The notes: generated by a model from the letters alone, not told the origin. Counted from the first letter of the stretch, positions 14,055-28,778 are shown. The stretch: DNA of 64,000 bases from Eledone cirrhosa (GCA_964016885.1 OZ024746.1:76508001-76572000), one strand, 5' to 3'. Numbers and translations are program-made.

Positions 14055-16750
14055 TAGAATGAGAAATTAAAGAAGAAATGAAACAGAGGAGACTAGGCAG
14101 TTGCAGGAACAGGGGAAAAAAATTTCTAAAAAAAAAAATAGGTCTATTCACGACGTCACCATCTCTTATATATATATATATATATAATTAGTTAGAAATA
14201 TCATCAGTAGTGTACACAATAAAGTATCATTGCCAGAAGAAGAAATAAAACACTGTTTATCAGTTGAATAAAAAAAAAATAATAATTATTATATATACTT
14301 TGGTTCTAGTGCTTTTGTCCACCAAGGAACTTATCAAGATATAAAGTACCTTATATCTTCACAAGTCATGTGATATGAAAATAAAAATAAAACAGGATAT
14401 GGTACAAATTGAGATTATTAGCTTAATACTCTTGAGAAGTAAAAAAAATATTAATTGTTACATGTCAGGTTATACCCTTCTTGAGGAAAATATAAAAGAG
14501 TGGAAGAAAGATAAGGAAAAATATTTGAAGCAAATTGCTATGCGCATTCAAAAATGTTTTACATGATGATAAAATCTGTAGAGGCGACCTGAAATATATA
14601 AGTGTGTGTGTGCGTGTGTGTGTGTATATATATATATAATGTAGAAATTACTTCTTTAGGACAAGGCATGTTTCATTCGAATGAAACAATTCTAGTCCTG
14701 TAGAAGTCATTTCTATATAAAATAAAGATGCTTGTACTCTACCACTGTATTGAGTAACCTTCCTTAAGTGTAGTCATCTCCTGATCCCCTTCGGGAATCT
14801 ACCTATTATATATATCTCAGAGGCATTCAGTATATATAAACATGCTGATCAGTTTATATTTTGTTACTGATCATGACCACTCCGAACTAAATGCAGAAAT
14901 TTTCAAACATGATTTTCGCTCTCTCTCACACACACACACACACTGACAGACAGACCTAATATAAATTTCATCTTTAAAGTATACACACAAACTTTAATCT
15001 CTATTTTTTTTTTCCTGCCATATTTTCAATTCAGAAACAGTATATTATAGTATATTTAATATATAATATTTTGTATATCACTTCTTTATTGTAATCTTAA
15101 TGAGTGGTGGTGCAGCAAAAACTCACATAAAAACTAAAAATGTGGCAAAAAAAAAAAATAATAATGATAATCATGTGGTCCTCCTCAGTATGTGGAATCA
15201 TAGTTAATGTTTATAACATCATATATTTAAAAAATGTTAATTTGTAGCAAAATTTGGAGTTATGCCCAGTTTTGCATGAGTTAGGGAGACAACTCCATTA
15301 CTTAGCCTTCATGATTATTGTCATTTCTTTAGAACTGTAGTCCGTATGGAGAGGATTAGGCTGCCAGATTTAAAATGCATAAGACATGCACCCCTACAAC
15401 TCCATCAGGAGTTCAGGACCTATTGTCACTATCTAACTTATCGTTTACAGCCTATACAAGGGAACAAATGCGTTATATATTCACTAGAATACAACTAAAA
15501 ATGTTTAATCAAACAATATATGCTTTATTCTCACTAATATTGAACCAGTAAATTTTTATTAAACAAATGGCAACTTTCTCCATCGAATATCTGAAACCCA
15601 GATTCGAAAAAATGCAATATTCTTATAGGAAGGACCTTTATTTAATTATATCATTAGGATTAGGAGGGGATTTAAAGAATATTAGAGTGTGACGAAAGTT
15701 TCATATGAGCATGTATTCTATATAAACCTATGTAGCATTGGTTATATTATAGATGGAAAATACATATTGAAACTGTAAAAAACATTTTACACTTTCACCT
15801 TATATTTCATGATATTTCAAGATCAAAAGCCCCTTTTCAAATATAAAGAAATGGAGTGAAGTGTGGGAAGCAAATGGTGCTCTACTGCTAGCATCAAGCT
15901 TCACATTGCCAACTCCATTGCAATTCATTAATAAGAAAGGCTCCTAACTTTGAAATATCATGAAATATAAAATAAAAGTATAAACTGTTATTTTGTTTTG
16001 TTTTTCTTACTTTACTCCAGTTTTCACTCTTGTATTTCTCATTTGCAATGTTCCAGCTTACCAAAAGCAATCATAACCACATATCTCACAAAGATTCATA
16101 TAAATTATACTAGAGTGTGTGTGTATTATTTCCATCAATGAATACACAGCACAAGAATAGTTGATATTACTAATATTAAATTTTTTTTTTTTAAAGTCAT
16201 GCGAGACATTCTACAGCCTGTCCAAATGTCAGGTATTGTTGAAATAAAAAATAGAAAATAAAGAAGTGCTACATCGAATGATCTGAAAACTACATAGGTG
16301 GTAAAATGTAGGATTTGAAGAATTCCCAAAGATTGAATCTATATGCAGAACCATTTTTGGACATCTTTGTTTCTAATTACAGCAGCAATGGATGGGCTGA
16401 TTCCGCTTGCAAAAAAAATAATGTATGACCTACAAAAATTATTCATGTTTTAAAATATATGGTAAATATTTAAAATCCAAAAGAAATAATTGCAAACAAT
16501 GAAACAACTTTTAACTCCTAACGTTCTGTACCACATGAAACAGCATCAGCAAGACATTCTTGAAAATACAAAAAACAACACTGTGATTGCATGATATTAA
16601 AAATTAAATCACTAGTCTAATATGGGCTGTTTTAGTCACATATTCTAAATGTTCACAGTGATCTATCCACTAATAAAGATACTATAAACATTTGAATTAA
16701 CAAACCTGGTTTTAAGTATTTTCTGCTAAACTATTACAGGATGTTAAGAG

Positions 16751-17062
16751 AAAACAACACAGTTCCCATGACTTTCGGAAACATTTTTTCACGCTCAGAG
16801 TTGCTGAAGCATGGAACAAACTACCTGCATCAGTTGTTAGCTGTCGAGACACTGCATCCTTTAAAACCTCCATGCTTCCCGAGATTCGCCAACACTACAG
16901 CTAATGTTCCCCCTCCATACACATACACACATGTATATCATGACTCATACACTATTCACTTCCCTGACATTTGTATATTATTCTATGTACTATACATACA
17001 CCTGTGACGAGTTGTAGTGCACCTGAGCACTTTACACAATAATTTCATTATTATCATTATTA
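16751..17062 (+). mobile_element. Second, more 5'-truncated copy of the same CR1 LINE
   Basis: Near-identical to 12101-12410. Ends in an att tail about 30 nt from the PTB exon donor. Confidence 0.88.
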
Positions 17063-17092
17063 TAAAAAAAAATATATATCATGTATTTTCAC

Positions 17093-17244
17093 CTTAATTC
17101 GTCCAACAGCTTCTTGTGCTTGTATCATTCTCATTGGCTTTGATGGTTGCCCTTCAGATATCAATTGCGTAGAACCAAGGTACCGTGCTCGAAACAACAC
17201 ACCTTCAATCAATACTGCAGGGTTGTTCGGATCATTTATACAAA
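17093..17244 (-). CDS. lin-10: X11/Mint/LIN-10 (APBA) family adaptor, exon encoding the N-terminal part of the PTB domain
   Basis: Acceptor ctctttgtattgtcag, donor AAG|gtgaaa, 152 nt, phase 1-0. Translates (V)CINDPNNPAVLIEGVLFRARYLGSTQLISEGQPSKPMRMIQAQEAVGRIK, which matches the X11/Mint PTB signature (LI[ED]G[VI].F.A.YLGSTQL....P.K..RM.QAQEAV.RIK) as recalled. Confidence 0.95.
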
Positions 17245-20200
17245 CTGACAATACAAAGAGAAGTTTATAAACATTATGATACATTATTATTATTATTATT
17301 ATTATTCAAACAGAATTACACTAACTATAAAGGGAAATAAGCAAGAAAGTATATAGCAAATTAGAAGGTAAAAAAAAAGAAAAAAAAACGATCATCAGAT
17401 AAAACCAGGGAAATTATGTTTCCATTGGTCTTTCCATTGCTGATACTATCTGCCAGTCACAACTCTTGGCAGAAGGAGGCAGGATTTGAAATCAGAATAC
17501 ACAGAGCCAGACCAAATATTGCAAAGCATTCCATCTGACTCTTTAACAATTCTGCCAATCCACCACCTCTTCAGAAAAAGAAAATATAAAAAAAATCAAA
17601 AAAATTATATGGGAAAAAAAAAGTCCAATTCACTGAAAGTAATAGAAATGAAAAAGAAATGTAATTTTTAATCACTAAAAATTAACTTTCTACAAGAAAT
17701 TGTTTTAAAAAATGAAAAATTGATTGAAAATTTCAAAACATTCTGAAAAATCCAAATTTAACCCTTTCATTGCCATATTTCTAATGAAAAACACAGCTTA
17801 TGATTTTCAAATAATTTTGAAAATGAAAAAAATTAGGATGGATTTAATTATATAACTATTTTTTCATTTACATAAAATTATAATGGAAGGTTTTTTGATA
17901 AATGTAAACACTTTAAAAGAAACAGCTTTATTGTAGACACAGAGACAGTTTCCAGTGGTTTGGCATCAAAAGGGTCAAAATATTACTTTCAAAGCTAGAA
18001 TTTTCTTTGACTTATTAGGATATTAATGGACATAATATATACATTTGAAAAAAAAATGGAGAACGGGAAAATTTACTTACAAAATTTTCACTACAACATT
18101 TATACACCCAAATGTCAAAGAAAGCAAGAATGGAATGTGAATATATAAGGAAAAGAAAAAGAATCTAATGGAAAATTAAATAAAACTCTTATTGTAAACT
18201 ATAACTTGGAATTTCCTGCACCACATGAAACCCCATTAGCAACACATTCTTTGAAAGGTAAAAAAACAGCACTACAACTTCATCACAAAACTTAATCTTT
18301 ATACCAGTTTGCTTCAAATTTTCACAACAATCTGTTCTCTAGTAAAGATACTACAAACATCTGGATTAACAAACCAGCTTTTAGATATTTTCTGCTAAAT
18401 TATTACAGCAAGTTAAAAGTTAATAAAAACCGAGTAAAAATCTTCCTTTAAATCAGAACTTCTATTATATAACAGAAGATTAATCCAATGAACTAAATTC
18501 AATATCTTACTGGAGCAACATGAAACAAAGTGTCTTGCTCCAGAACATAATGAGTCACAGTGCAGGAATCAAAACCAGAACCTTGTGATTATGAGTCCAA
18601 CACTATAACCAGTCAGCCACACCCCTTCATTCAATTTTTTTTTAATATTGAGTATCAGCTATAGATTGGCATCCAATTCACTAAGGTGTCTTTTCATGAT
18701 GGGACTGAGGCCCATATCATTAAATCACTCAAAAAACCTCCCATGAGATACAACCTTATTGTATAATTATAATAATAATGAAATTATTGTGTACAGTGCT
18801 CAGGTGCACTTGACTAATGAAAGATGGAATGTAAACTTGACCCTGTGAAGAAAGGAAGTATCAACTAGACATTTTATTTGATATCTACTATCAGAATACT
18901 TCTCTGTTTAAATAATAGTATGATAGGTTAATGTACCCGTGCAGAAATGGCTGAGTGATTATGGCATTCACTGCACAGTTCCTGGGTTGAATCCCACTGC
19001 ATGGATTATTATGCAAGTATTGTTACCACAGTCTTGGGTTCACTTAAGCCTTGTAATTGAAATTGGTGAGACAGAAACTGTTTGGAAGTTTCATGGACAA
19101 TACATGGACTGTATTTGTCATTTAAAAGGTCAGCCTTGTCACACAGTACATATTGAATCTCCCTGAGAATAAAGTTAATGGTACATGCAACTGTGGAATG
19201 CTCAGCCACTTGCACATTAATTATGACCAGGCTACTACATTGATCAAATAATAGGGACACTCACTATCAAAACTGACGGAAGACTATGTCATTTCAAGAT
19301 AATGAATAACACTTTCCGTGTGTATCTGGTTTATAACAGGTACACTGGATTCCTGCATATTGTAAGAAGTAACTAAAAGTCACTAGGAAAGGCATTCAAC
19401 TGTGAACACTACCCCAAAAAGGGCCCCAGAGTGAGCCTGGAACCCTATTATGGGACCCACAAGATTAACTCCTGCTTTAGCCAGGAAAATGACCATAAAA
19501 TGCTTGTTAATGATATGATAATAGATAATAGTGTTTAGCCTAGAAAGGCATGTTGACATTGCAGGCCCCAAAATCCTTTCTCTACCACACCATGTGGGGA
19601 CACGAAAAGAAACAAAGAAATAATTTAGCAATGTAATTAGTCAGTTATGGAATTAAAAGTGAATGTTGTTTAAATAAAATACAATTTACTAACGCAACTG
19701 AATAGAATAATGAATTAAATTAAAACAAACAATGAAAGTAATATTATTAGATATAATAATTTTTAGGGACCGTAGTCATATTTCAAATGCAAAGAGAATA
19801 AAAACTAAGAATCACATGAACAGATTATTTTTTTCTTTCTTTTCTTTCTTTAAAGGACTTAGAGGAAGGGAAGCACATATGACCATTTTGCAAGGACTCC
19901 AAGACTTGTGGAGAGAGGTGAAGGAAGTATACACCACAACACATGGATTGCTACAGTAGAAAGCAACAAATAGTTTTGCAATTAAGATATGATTCCGATA
20001 CAATGAAGTCCAAGTGATAGTGTTAGAAAATAACAAATAACAACAATATTTATTTATTTATTTAGTTTTTACTGATTAGTTCAGAGGTTCACAAGGACCC
20101 ATGTCACATTCCTCTCCTTGCAATGCCAGGTTTCCACAATTCCTCCCCTCCCCCATTTTGAATTGTCATCTGATAATTGTTTCACCATTATACTTTCCGA

Positions 20201-20778
20201 GTGTTAATTATTAAATCTATTAGAGAAAATTGCTTTAGTAATTTTAATTTTATTTTGTAAACTGTTAATTCATGATTGCCCTTATAGTGGGTATATTGGT
20301 ATTTAATTTTATATATATTCAAAGCAGAATATTCTTTCCCAGTTTGGATTCCTCCTCTGAATAACATTTCTCTCTAATGGCTCCCTTGACTAAACTGTCT
20401 TCCCTGTGAGCCAAACACCTCTCATGACTCCTTCCAAGGCTTCTGAGACAGATAATAGGGAAGGATTAAGGAAAGTATCCTCAAACTAAAGGACCATTCC
20501 AAATAGTTGCAACAGAACAGACCCCGCCAAAGGCACCCAAGAGATGGTGTTAAACAGATTAAAACCACCACCAACAGAGATAATGTTTTAAAACATGGTG
20601 ATCAAATTTATTTATTTGATATTCACATGATTGATATTTTATGTGTTACATTATCTAATTTTTTTTCAAATATACATTATAGTAAAAAACAAATTTTTAC
20701 ATCAAACCAATCATTATTAAAACGTACACTAAAAGACATTATCCCCACCCCCACACACACTGCTTTTTTTGTATAGGG

Positions 20779-21048
20779 GAGTGGTTCCCAACCTTTTCAT
20801 AACCAAAGGCCCCTTTTACTTAAATCAATTTTTCCATAGACCTCCTCATCCTTTCATTGCAATTACTTCCCTCCCTGATTGTTTACAGTAAAAATTACAA
20901 TGAAAAAAGAGAAATGTTTATGCATAGAGAAGAATGAATGTCCAATAGCATGTGCATATTATATTTTTAACAAAGTACTTGAAATCTTAAACTTAGCTCA
21001 CAGACCCCAAGTACTGTATTTGAGGACCCCAGGTTGAGAATTACTGGT
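20779..21048. mobile_element. hAT (Charlie-like) MITE remnant
   Basis: agtggttcccaacctt ... gaccccaggttgagaattactg termini. Similar remnants at ~40699-41015 and ~60948-61205. Confidence 0.5.
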
Positions 21049-22136
21049 ATAATGTCTCAACTATTAATTCTGATGGAATCAGTGAAACACCAAAAGAAAG
21101 AGAAATTTTATTTTAATATAAAAATAGCAATAACACAGAAAGCTTGAGAAATAGCACCGTTAAAATTAAAGAAGCCACACCAGGTAAGTATACACAACAT
21201 CAAACAGTTTGGTTACGGAAAACAAAACTTACCAGAAGTCAATCAGATTAGTAGCATTCAATGATCCAAAGTGAAGCAGCATAAGAGGGAAATTAGAACA
21301 TGAGAGATTCAACAGTAAATTATGACAAGGACACATAAGAATTATAGGGAATTGATATTTATTTTAGATGAAATTGGCTGAACAGTGGATATAAATAAAA
21401 AGTTGAATAAGCTTATAGTTTTTCACAGACTCTTATTTACAAAAAAAATAATCCCCCACAAAAAATGAAAAATAATTATTTATAACCACAGTGCTGTACT
21501 GAAAGTAAAAGATATGATAAAAGAATGGCCTGGAATTGTTAACAGAAGGATATAGTGAACAGCAACTAACTTATATACCCATATAAAAGACAAATTTTTT
21601 AGACTATTTTTTAGGTTAAATTTATGGGGTCGACTATTGCTTGGGGCTGAAATTTACAATACAATTTAAAATACAGTAGAAAACTCAAATGGACTCTAAA
21701 TGAATTTTTAAAAAAACAACAATGAATTACAGTAATAATACCAATGATCCTAATTTCTACTACCAAAACAAACAAATATGGTTGCATAGCTCATATAAAT
21801 AATTCCATTTGTATACATCAAGACATAATAGGTAGAAAACATTTATTTCCTTATTGTAACATTTATGTTCAGGATAATATCCTAATTCACAGTTGTTGGT
21901 CTGTTGTCCCTGAAGAACTAGGGTCAGCTTTTACATGAGATACGTAGAAATATCCAAATGTTTTGGTAAAAGATAGGGGATTGACTTTTACATGGGATCG
22001 ACCTATACAAGGATATAAGGTAGTTAATCTAGGTTATTAAGGATTGTGTATGTGAGTGTGTGAGACAGACTGTGTGTGAGTGTATGAGACATGAGTGTTA
22101 AATACATACTGTGTTAATACTAACAATCCTCAGTGT

Positions 22137-22331
22137 TTGAGGGGGTGCTGAAATGTTTCTGGCTTTGGGTAAAAGAAAATACAGGAGGATCAGTTGCTTA
22201 TGATTTTATTCAACATATTCCCCTTTCAGATTCACACACTTATTGCAATGTTCCTACCTCCCCTGTAAAAGTAACAGAGCTATCCTTTCATGATACTCTT
22301 AAAGCCAGGAACTTTTCAGCACTTCCTCGTA
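22137..22331. mobile_element. Mariner-type MITE
   Basis: Imperfect ~28-bp TIRs gagggggtgctgaaatgtttctggcttt / aaagccaggaacttttcagcacttcctcg, ending in TA. Confidence 0.65.
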
Positions 22332-23928
22332 TGTTATGAACATTTATGAACCCTATGAAGTGGTTGGCATTAGGAAGGGTATCCAGCTCCAGAAATCATC
22401 CAAAAAGGAAATGTAAGCTTTAGAATGTCCTAGAGCTTATCCTAATTTCCAGACTAACTAAGTTTAGATAAGACAAATTTATTGCAGGCTTTGCTCGTGA
22501 GAGTATTTAAGTTCACCCCTGCACGTTAGTAAAACATTAATCAGTCATGATGTGTTCTCAATGCTGACAGTAGTAAACTATATTGTCTATAGGGAAGATA
22601 CATAGCTAAACGGTTTGGTTCACAATCGTATAGTTGTGAATTTGATTCCTAGCAGGACATTGTGTACTTGAGCTAGACACTTTATTTCTCATTGCTCTGG
22701 TCAACTTGGCTGAAAAAAAATGAGCTATACCTGTAATTAAAAGGCCCAGCCTTGTCTCACACTATGTCATACTGAATCTCCCTGTAAATTACATGTGGAA
22801 TGCTCAATGTTAATTTCATAAGCAGGCTGTTTTGTTGTTCGTAGAGCTGGAACACTCATCATCAAAGCCAATGGAAGTTCAACATACACATTACCTATTT
22901 CAACACACACTTCGTTACCTATTTGCTACAAAATGGACTCAATGAATGTTAAATGTCTTTACTAAGACAATGCAACACAAGTTAGTACACTAATTTGTTG
23001 GCATTACTAGCTACACCTAAATATTTAGTTAGTACACTGCAGTATATCAACAGTACCAACTACACCTATTTTTAGTCAACATGCTAAACCTATTGATTAG
23101 TCCATGTTTCTAATAAAAGACACTGTCTATGATTTTCAAATAATTTCGAAAATTATCCAGGATTTAAAAAAATTTAGTAATATAACTAATTTTCTCATTT
23201 TGAAGCCTGTGTTTAGAACAAAGATCCTTACATGAAATTACAATAGAAGGTTTTTAGATATATATAAACACTTTAAAATAGAGATTTTAGTATTGCAGAA
23301 CCATGAATTATTTCAGGCACTTTGGTAACAAATGGGTTAATTCACAAAAAGAAAGAAAAGAAATATTTTTTCCCCATTGTTAAAAAAAAAAACATAAGAG
23401 AAAATTAATGCGTATGTGTTAGTTAATTAATGGTTTCTAATTTAAGGACAAAGCCAGCAATTTGGGCAGACAGGGAATGTCAGTACTTAATCTTATTAAC
23501 CTTGGAAGGATAAAAGGCAAAGTTAACCTTTGCGAGATTTGAAGTCAGAATGTAAAATGCCAGAATAAATGTCACAAAGTATTTTGTTTGATGCTTTAAA
23601 GATTTACCAATCCAATAGCCTAAATATAATTTAATTAATTAAAGATTTAATATGTTGGTATATAGCACCTTCAGTAAGGAATCCAAGCATAATTAAAACT
23701 AAAAATATTATGTTATGAAATTATTATGTGCAAAAAATTATCAGAAAAATCAAAAATATTATGTTATGATATTATTAATCAGAAAATCCCAAATTAATTA
23801 TAAAACTTCATGCTAAAAGGCTTTACAATATGACATTTACATTTGAACAAAAAGTGTAGAATACAGGAAAAGGTAGTAAAAGTAGCAGTTAAATTTGTAT
23901 AAAATTACTTCAATTCAAGAATCAGCAA

Positions 23929-24164
23929 TTAACCCTTTTGTTACCATATTTTTCAGTAAAGACAGCCTATGATTTTCAAATTATTTTGAAAATAACCAAG
24001 AAATAACCAGCTCATTTTTGAGCTGCCATTAGGAGTATAACTTAAAATTTATAACATAAAATTATGATGGTAAGTTTTTAGATAATTCTAAACATTCTAA
24101 AAATAAACAGTTTTGTATCATAGAACCAGGGTTGTTTTTAGGCTGGTTGGTATCAAAAGGGTTA
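23929..24164. mobile_element. TTAA-flanked MITE family B (ttaaccctttt...aaaagggttaa)
   Basis: Terminal inverted repeats TTAA-CCCTTTTG. Copies in both orientations at ~10617-11094, 17759-17977, 26679-26835, 39465-39693, 41290-41522, 55890-56120 and 61733-61983. Confidence 0.7.
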
Positions 24165-24458
24165 AGATATTAAAATGTAAAACATCCTTAGCAGTGCAAT
24201 TTTTGAGTTAATAAAAGTGGAAAAGTACTATATAAGTAATAAATTTTTAAAAGTCTAAAGAAAAATGATATAGAGGATATAAAACCAAATACAAGCTAAA
24301 TTTAATATCTAAATCTTGAATGGTATCATCGGTAATCCTGAAGCAAAGAAAAATAATCATTTAAAAACACAGATGTTATCTTAAATATTTGACATTGAGC
24401 AATGAGAACTTTTTTTTTTTTTTTTTTTTTTTTTCGGTGTTTTTAAATAATTACTCAC

Positions 24459-24489
24459 CCTCCTTAGCACGGGATCGCCTTTTCTCAGC
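24459..24489 (-). CDS. lin-10: lin-10/X11 small coding exon (AEKRRSRAKE)
   Basis: ttatcttttcag|GCTGAG...GAGG|gtgagt, 31 nt, phase 0-1. It exactly bridges the phase-0 end of 34644 and the phase-1 start of 17244. Confidence 0.88.
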
Positions 24490-24594
24490 CTGAAAAGATA
24501 ACCAAATTGCACATCGGTTACAGAAATATTTTCTGAAAATCAACAAAACAGATACAAAACCTTCAGCTATATAATATATATTTCTTGTGAATGC

Positions 24595-24870
24595 ACATAA
24601 CTTGGTTAGGGTGTTCGATTCATGAATGTAAGGTCATGAGTTTGTTTCTTGTTGGCGTGTTGTCTCTTTGAGCAAGACATTTTATTTTACATTGCCCCAG
24701 TTCACCCAGCTAACAAAACTGAGTTGTGCCTGTAATTCAAAGGGTCAGCTTTATCACACACTGTCGTGTTGAATCTCCCTGAGAACTATTTTAAGCGTAC
24801 ACAACTGTGGAATGCTTAGCCACGTGCACAATAATTTCACAAGTAGGCTGTTCCATTAAACAAATGGAAC
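24595..24870 (+). mobile_element. Second tRNA-head SINE family (gagcaagacactttatttc...ccagttcac core)
   Basis: Related copies occur in both orientations at ~2420-2700, 18940-19280, 22600-22880, 28780-28960, 45765-45990, 46165-46438, 50545-50812, 57460-57622, 60040-60295 and 62095-62400. Confidence 0.7.
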
Positions 24871-27844
24871 ACTGAAGGACAAAGTGAAGCTCAACTGTGA
24901 GCCAAAGCAAATATTGAGGCTATTTCAACTGATACCTTTAATGACTCTGCCAATTCACTGTCTAGAACACAGTGGAGTCATATCAAATAAAAGGAGAATA
25001 AAAAATAAAAAAGCTAATGCATATAAATAGAGGCTGGAATGAAAACATCTAAAAGAAAAAGTATGGAAGAAAAAATATATAAAAAAGCACTGTCATAATT
25101 GAGTGTTGAACTTTAATAATGGACATATAATTGTGATTGTGTACGGATCTCATTTTCACCAATAATTTTAGATATTTATGAATAAGAAAGGGAAAAAAAA
25201 GTAACATTCTACCAAATAATCTAGCAATGTAATGTAATTTGAGTAAATAAATGATACAAAGTACTGTATATATCTAGATGTACATATAAGCAACAAATAA
25301 AACATGCATACACACCATCAAAATCATTATTATCACAATATATGTTGTCAATGATCTATGATATGATTTTTATGTTTCAATCAAATTAAACATTGATTTT
25401 ACCATTTTGGAATGTATTAAAAGATATATCTGTCTCAGGTCAGTAAATATATATGTGAGACCCACGTACTATTAAAGTACATATCATAATCCTTTCGTGG
25501 CTACATTTCTATTGAAATATATTCTATTTCAATTAATTAATGAAGAATTTTTAAGGATTTATTAAAATTATTAATTATTTCATTACTAAAATTTGTCATA
25601 TGGTTCTTATATAAAATTATTTTAATTTAAAGTTGGTGGTCATAGAACCAATATCAGATTAGCCAGTTTGGTATCAAAACCATTAAGTTTTATTTCAATT
25701 GCTTCTCATTTTCTGCTCACTATCAGAAGATCGAAGTACATTTTAATTTCTTTAAAATGAATTCTTGTTCATATGCCATATAAGTCAATTCTATTTATAC
25801 CAGCTTTAAAATGATAAAAATGGCCAATACAATACTAAAGACAAGGAGTTCTAAGCTTAAAATCAGATCTATTGACCATAAATGAATATTTAACTAATCA
25901 ATAGTATCTGCATTTTTATTACTATTACCTTCTACAGTACTGCAGTTATTCTCCACCTTAATAATTGATAGTGAATGGATTTTTAAATCAGACACGTTGG
26001 ATATATGATAAACATTTATTTCTTTTTAGACCAGAGTACTGGTGAATATTTTCTCCTGTGTAACAGCTATACTAAATACTCAGATAATTCCCACTAAATT
26101 TATGTGACAGAATTAGGCCAGTGGAATTGATAATAAGTTCGTAAGATTTGTATGTGTTAGACCACAATTCCAACAATGAGTATTCCAGTTGTTCAAACAA
26201 TGGAACAGCTTTCTCGTGGAATTAACATACAAGTTTCTGAGCATTTCACAAAAACAGGCACACTTAACCCTTTGGCATTTACATTAGTCTATATATACTA
26301 TTGTATTTTTGTGGTAAAGGCTTTACCTTACATAATTATTTCACACAATACTGAATCTACGAGATTTTGATGTTATTTATTTAGAGAAACATTTAACTGC
26401 TTTATAGCTGTTTCTGTTTTTTTACCTTTTTTCATATTTCCTGCTTATTTTGCCTCATTTTTTTTTCTTCTTTTTCTCTGTCCCTCTCATTTTTGCTTCT
26501 TAATTATAAGAGATATTAGATACCTTCCCAGTCTGTCATGGTACACCAGCTCTACACAGATGTTTAATTGAATAAATAAGCAGTACAATAGCTTGTCATT
26601 AACACACCTGGATTTTCTTAATATTGTTTTAACAGAGATATTCAAAAGTAAACTATGACTACTCAACTGAAATGTACTAACCCTTTTGTTCCTGTGCTTT
26701 TAATGAAAAATACTAGAACCTGGAAGTATTTAGTAATATAACTTTCTAATTGTTTATGTGGTATTTGTTGAATCTTGTTGTTTAGTATTGTAGAACCAGC
26801 ATCTGTTTCATGCAGTTTGGTGTCAAAAGTGTTAAACTAAGGATACTTGATTTCTTATAAAACTAATTTCAATTAAATTTTTATAAAAATTAATAAATTG
26901 CTGAAAATTACACTCATAACTCAATTGTGCATTAACAGCATACCTAGAGAAAAAAAATAATGTGAGGCTACCTAATAGAAAATAAAATACAGTTTATTTC
27001 TAATATATTTTGCAATGTCTCCTGGAAATCACACACAACAAATGAATTGCTCTACAGTAAACTACCCTCAAACCCAGCTATCAGTAGAAGCCACCATCTA
27101 GCTCTGGTAATGTTTTGTCATGACAAGTAGCCAGCTTCTACACTTCTGTTCGGGTCTTCTGACTCAAAACAGCATCGAAGCTGGTGAAAAGATCATGCTG
27201 AAGACTCTGTTAATGGAAGAAACAGGACCTCCAATTCAAGAATTACAGAATGTAATAAATGACAGAGATCATAGGAGGATTAACTTCATCACTACTTCTT
27301 CCCAAAGTGATTGGGTGAAATAATATGAATAAATTTTAAAATGAAATGTTTATATAAGTCTGAAAATATCAATTAGACAATACACTAACAACAACACGAG
27401 AGTAAAGAAAATCCATTAGATTACATTTATATAATATAAAAAGGCATGATACACCCAGTCCATGTTGTAAAGTGGTTGATGATAATGAAGGCATTCAACC
27501 ACAAAAACCATGTCAAACTAAAGGAACGAACGGAGTAAAGGACTCTTTAGTCTCATCACAAACAACATCTCTAGTGCTGGCAACATGATAAAATAAAGCC
27601 CAGTCCATGCTGTAAAATGGTTGATGATAAGGAAGGGCATCAAGCCATAAAAACCATGCTAAAACATACTATGGCAAACAACAAATTTGGTTGACTTTCT
27701 CTGTTGCTGTGAGTATGTCAGATGATGAAAGTCTATGACAAGTGGCAAGCCACTGTGGGATCTGTCCAACCCATGCCAGCATGGAAAAACAATTGCAAGA
27801 TCATGATAATGATGGTGATGATATCTAAAATTCCTTAAAAATTG

Positions 27845-28625
27845 AGACACTGCAAGTTTGTGTATGACTTTTTTCTAAACAATTGTGTGCAATATTAAAT
27901 GGTAGTGAAACTGGGACTTTCAATGTGGAGGATGTAACAAGAGTGGACAGAAATGAAACAAACATGCTCTGCTGGATATTGGATATGTAATGCTTGTCTA
28001 ATGAATGGCAGGGTACAAATGAGCTGCAGGAAAAGCTGGGTTTAAGAGGAAAGATATATACTGTGCAAGAGAATGGATATGATGTGTGTGGAGGATGACA
28101 GTTGAGTAAAGCACTGGTAAGCAATTCAAGTGAAATGAGTTCTTTAGGCCATAAGAGAAGAATTTAGTACCATGGGAATGACTGGAAGCCAATGACCTAG
28201 GCTTCATAATAGAATCTGTCAAAAAAACTAGAGAAAATTTCCAAATGTGGAAGCAAAACCAAGAATTGGGAGGTCTTATAGTAAACTTAGTCAGGACAAA
28301 ATTTTTAATTAACAGGAATGAAGACAGCTGGGAGGTGGCCATGCTCAGTATACAAAAAAGGAGAAGGAAGAATATCAGATGGTATACCCAATGTAAACTA
28401 TGGGTGAACAAGAGATATAGTGAAATTACAGGCAGGCTGACAGAAAAGAATGACTTCGTTTGTAGCAGATGTACAAGAATAATTAACAGTAAAATCACTC
28501 ATGAAATAAATTATTTCAAATGCACTCTAGAGAAGTAATCAATATGTTCCATTATCTAGATGATCAAATAGGAAGTGGAGAAGGTTATTGTGAAAATATA
28601 GTATCTAGCATAAGAATGTAGTGTA
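27845..28625 (+). mobile_element. Decayed RTE-clade LINE fragments (post-RT segment, then RT core with Cys-rich insertion)
   Basis: CAILNGSETGTFNVEDVTRVDRNETNMLCWI at ~27886-27980. ANDLGFIIES...MWKQNQELGGLIVNLVRTKFL...TQCKLWVNKRYSEITGRLTEKNDFVCSRC at ~28185-28470. Confidence 0.75.
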
Positions 28626-28739
28626 AAAAGTCCAACAAGAAGATAAGATTCTCTCTTTAAAAAAAGGAGGCAGGGTACTGGATGTGGGCGCAACTCAGGC
28701 AATTCATGCTAATATGAAAATGGAAATAAAAATGATGTT

Positions 28740-28778
<39 letters not shown>

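Noticed and set aside
18081-18090. 10-nt exon candidate (tgttgtag|TGAAAATTTT|gtaagt)
   Set aside because: Frameshifts into a stop at the start of the PTB exon and has a weak exonic donor context. Only viable as a poison exon, which sequence alone cannot support.
21233-21377. Strong donor CTG|gtaagt with long AG-free upstream stretch
   Set aside because: The nearest acceptor gives stops in all three frames and has a poor pyrimidine tract.
27998-28498. 166-aa hydrophobic ORF, longest in the track
   Set aside because: Antisense shadow of the A-rich RTE LINE fragment.
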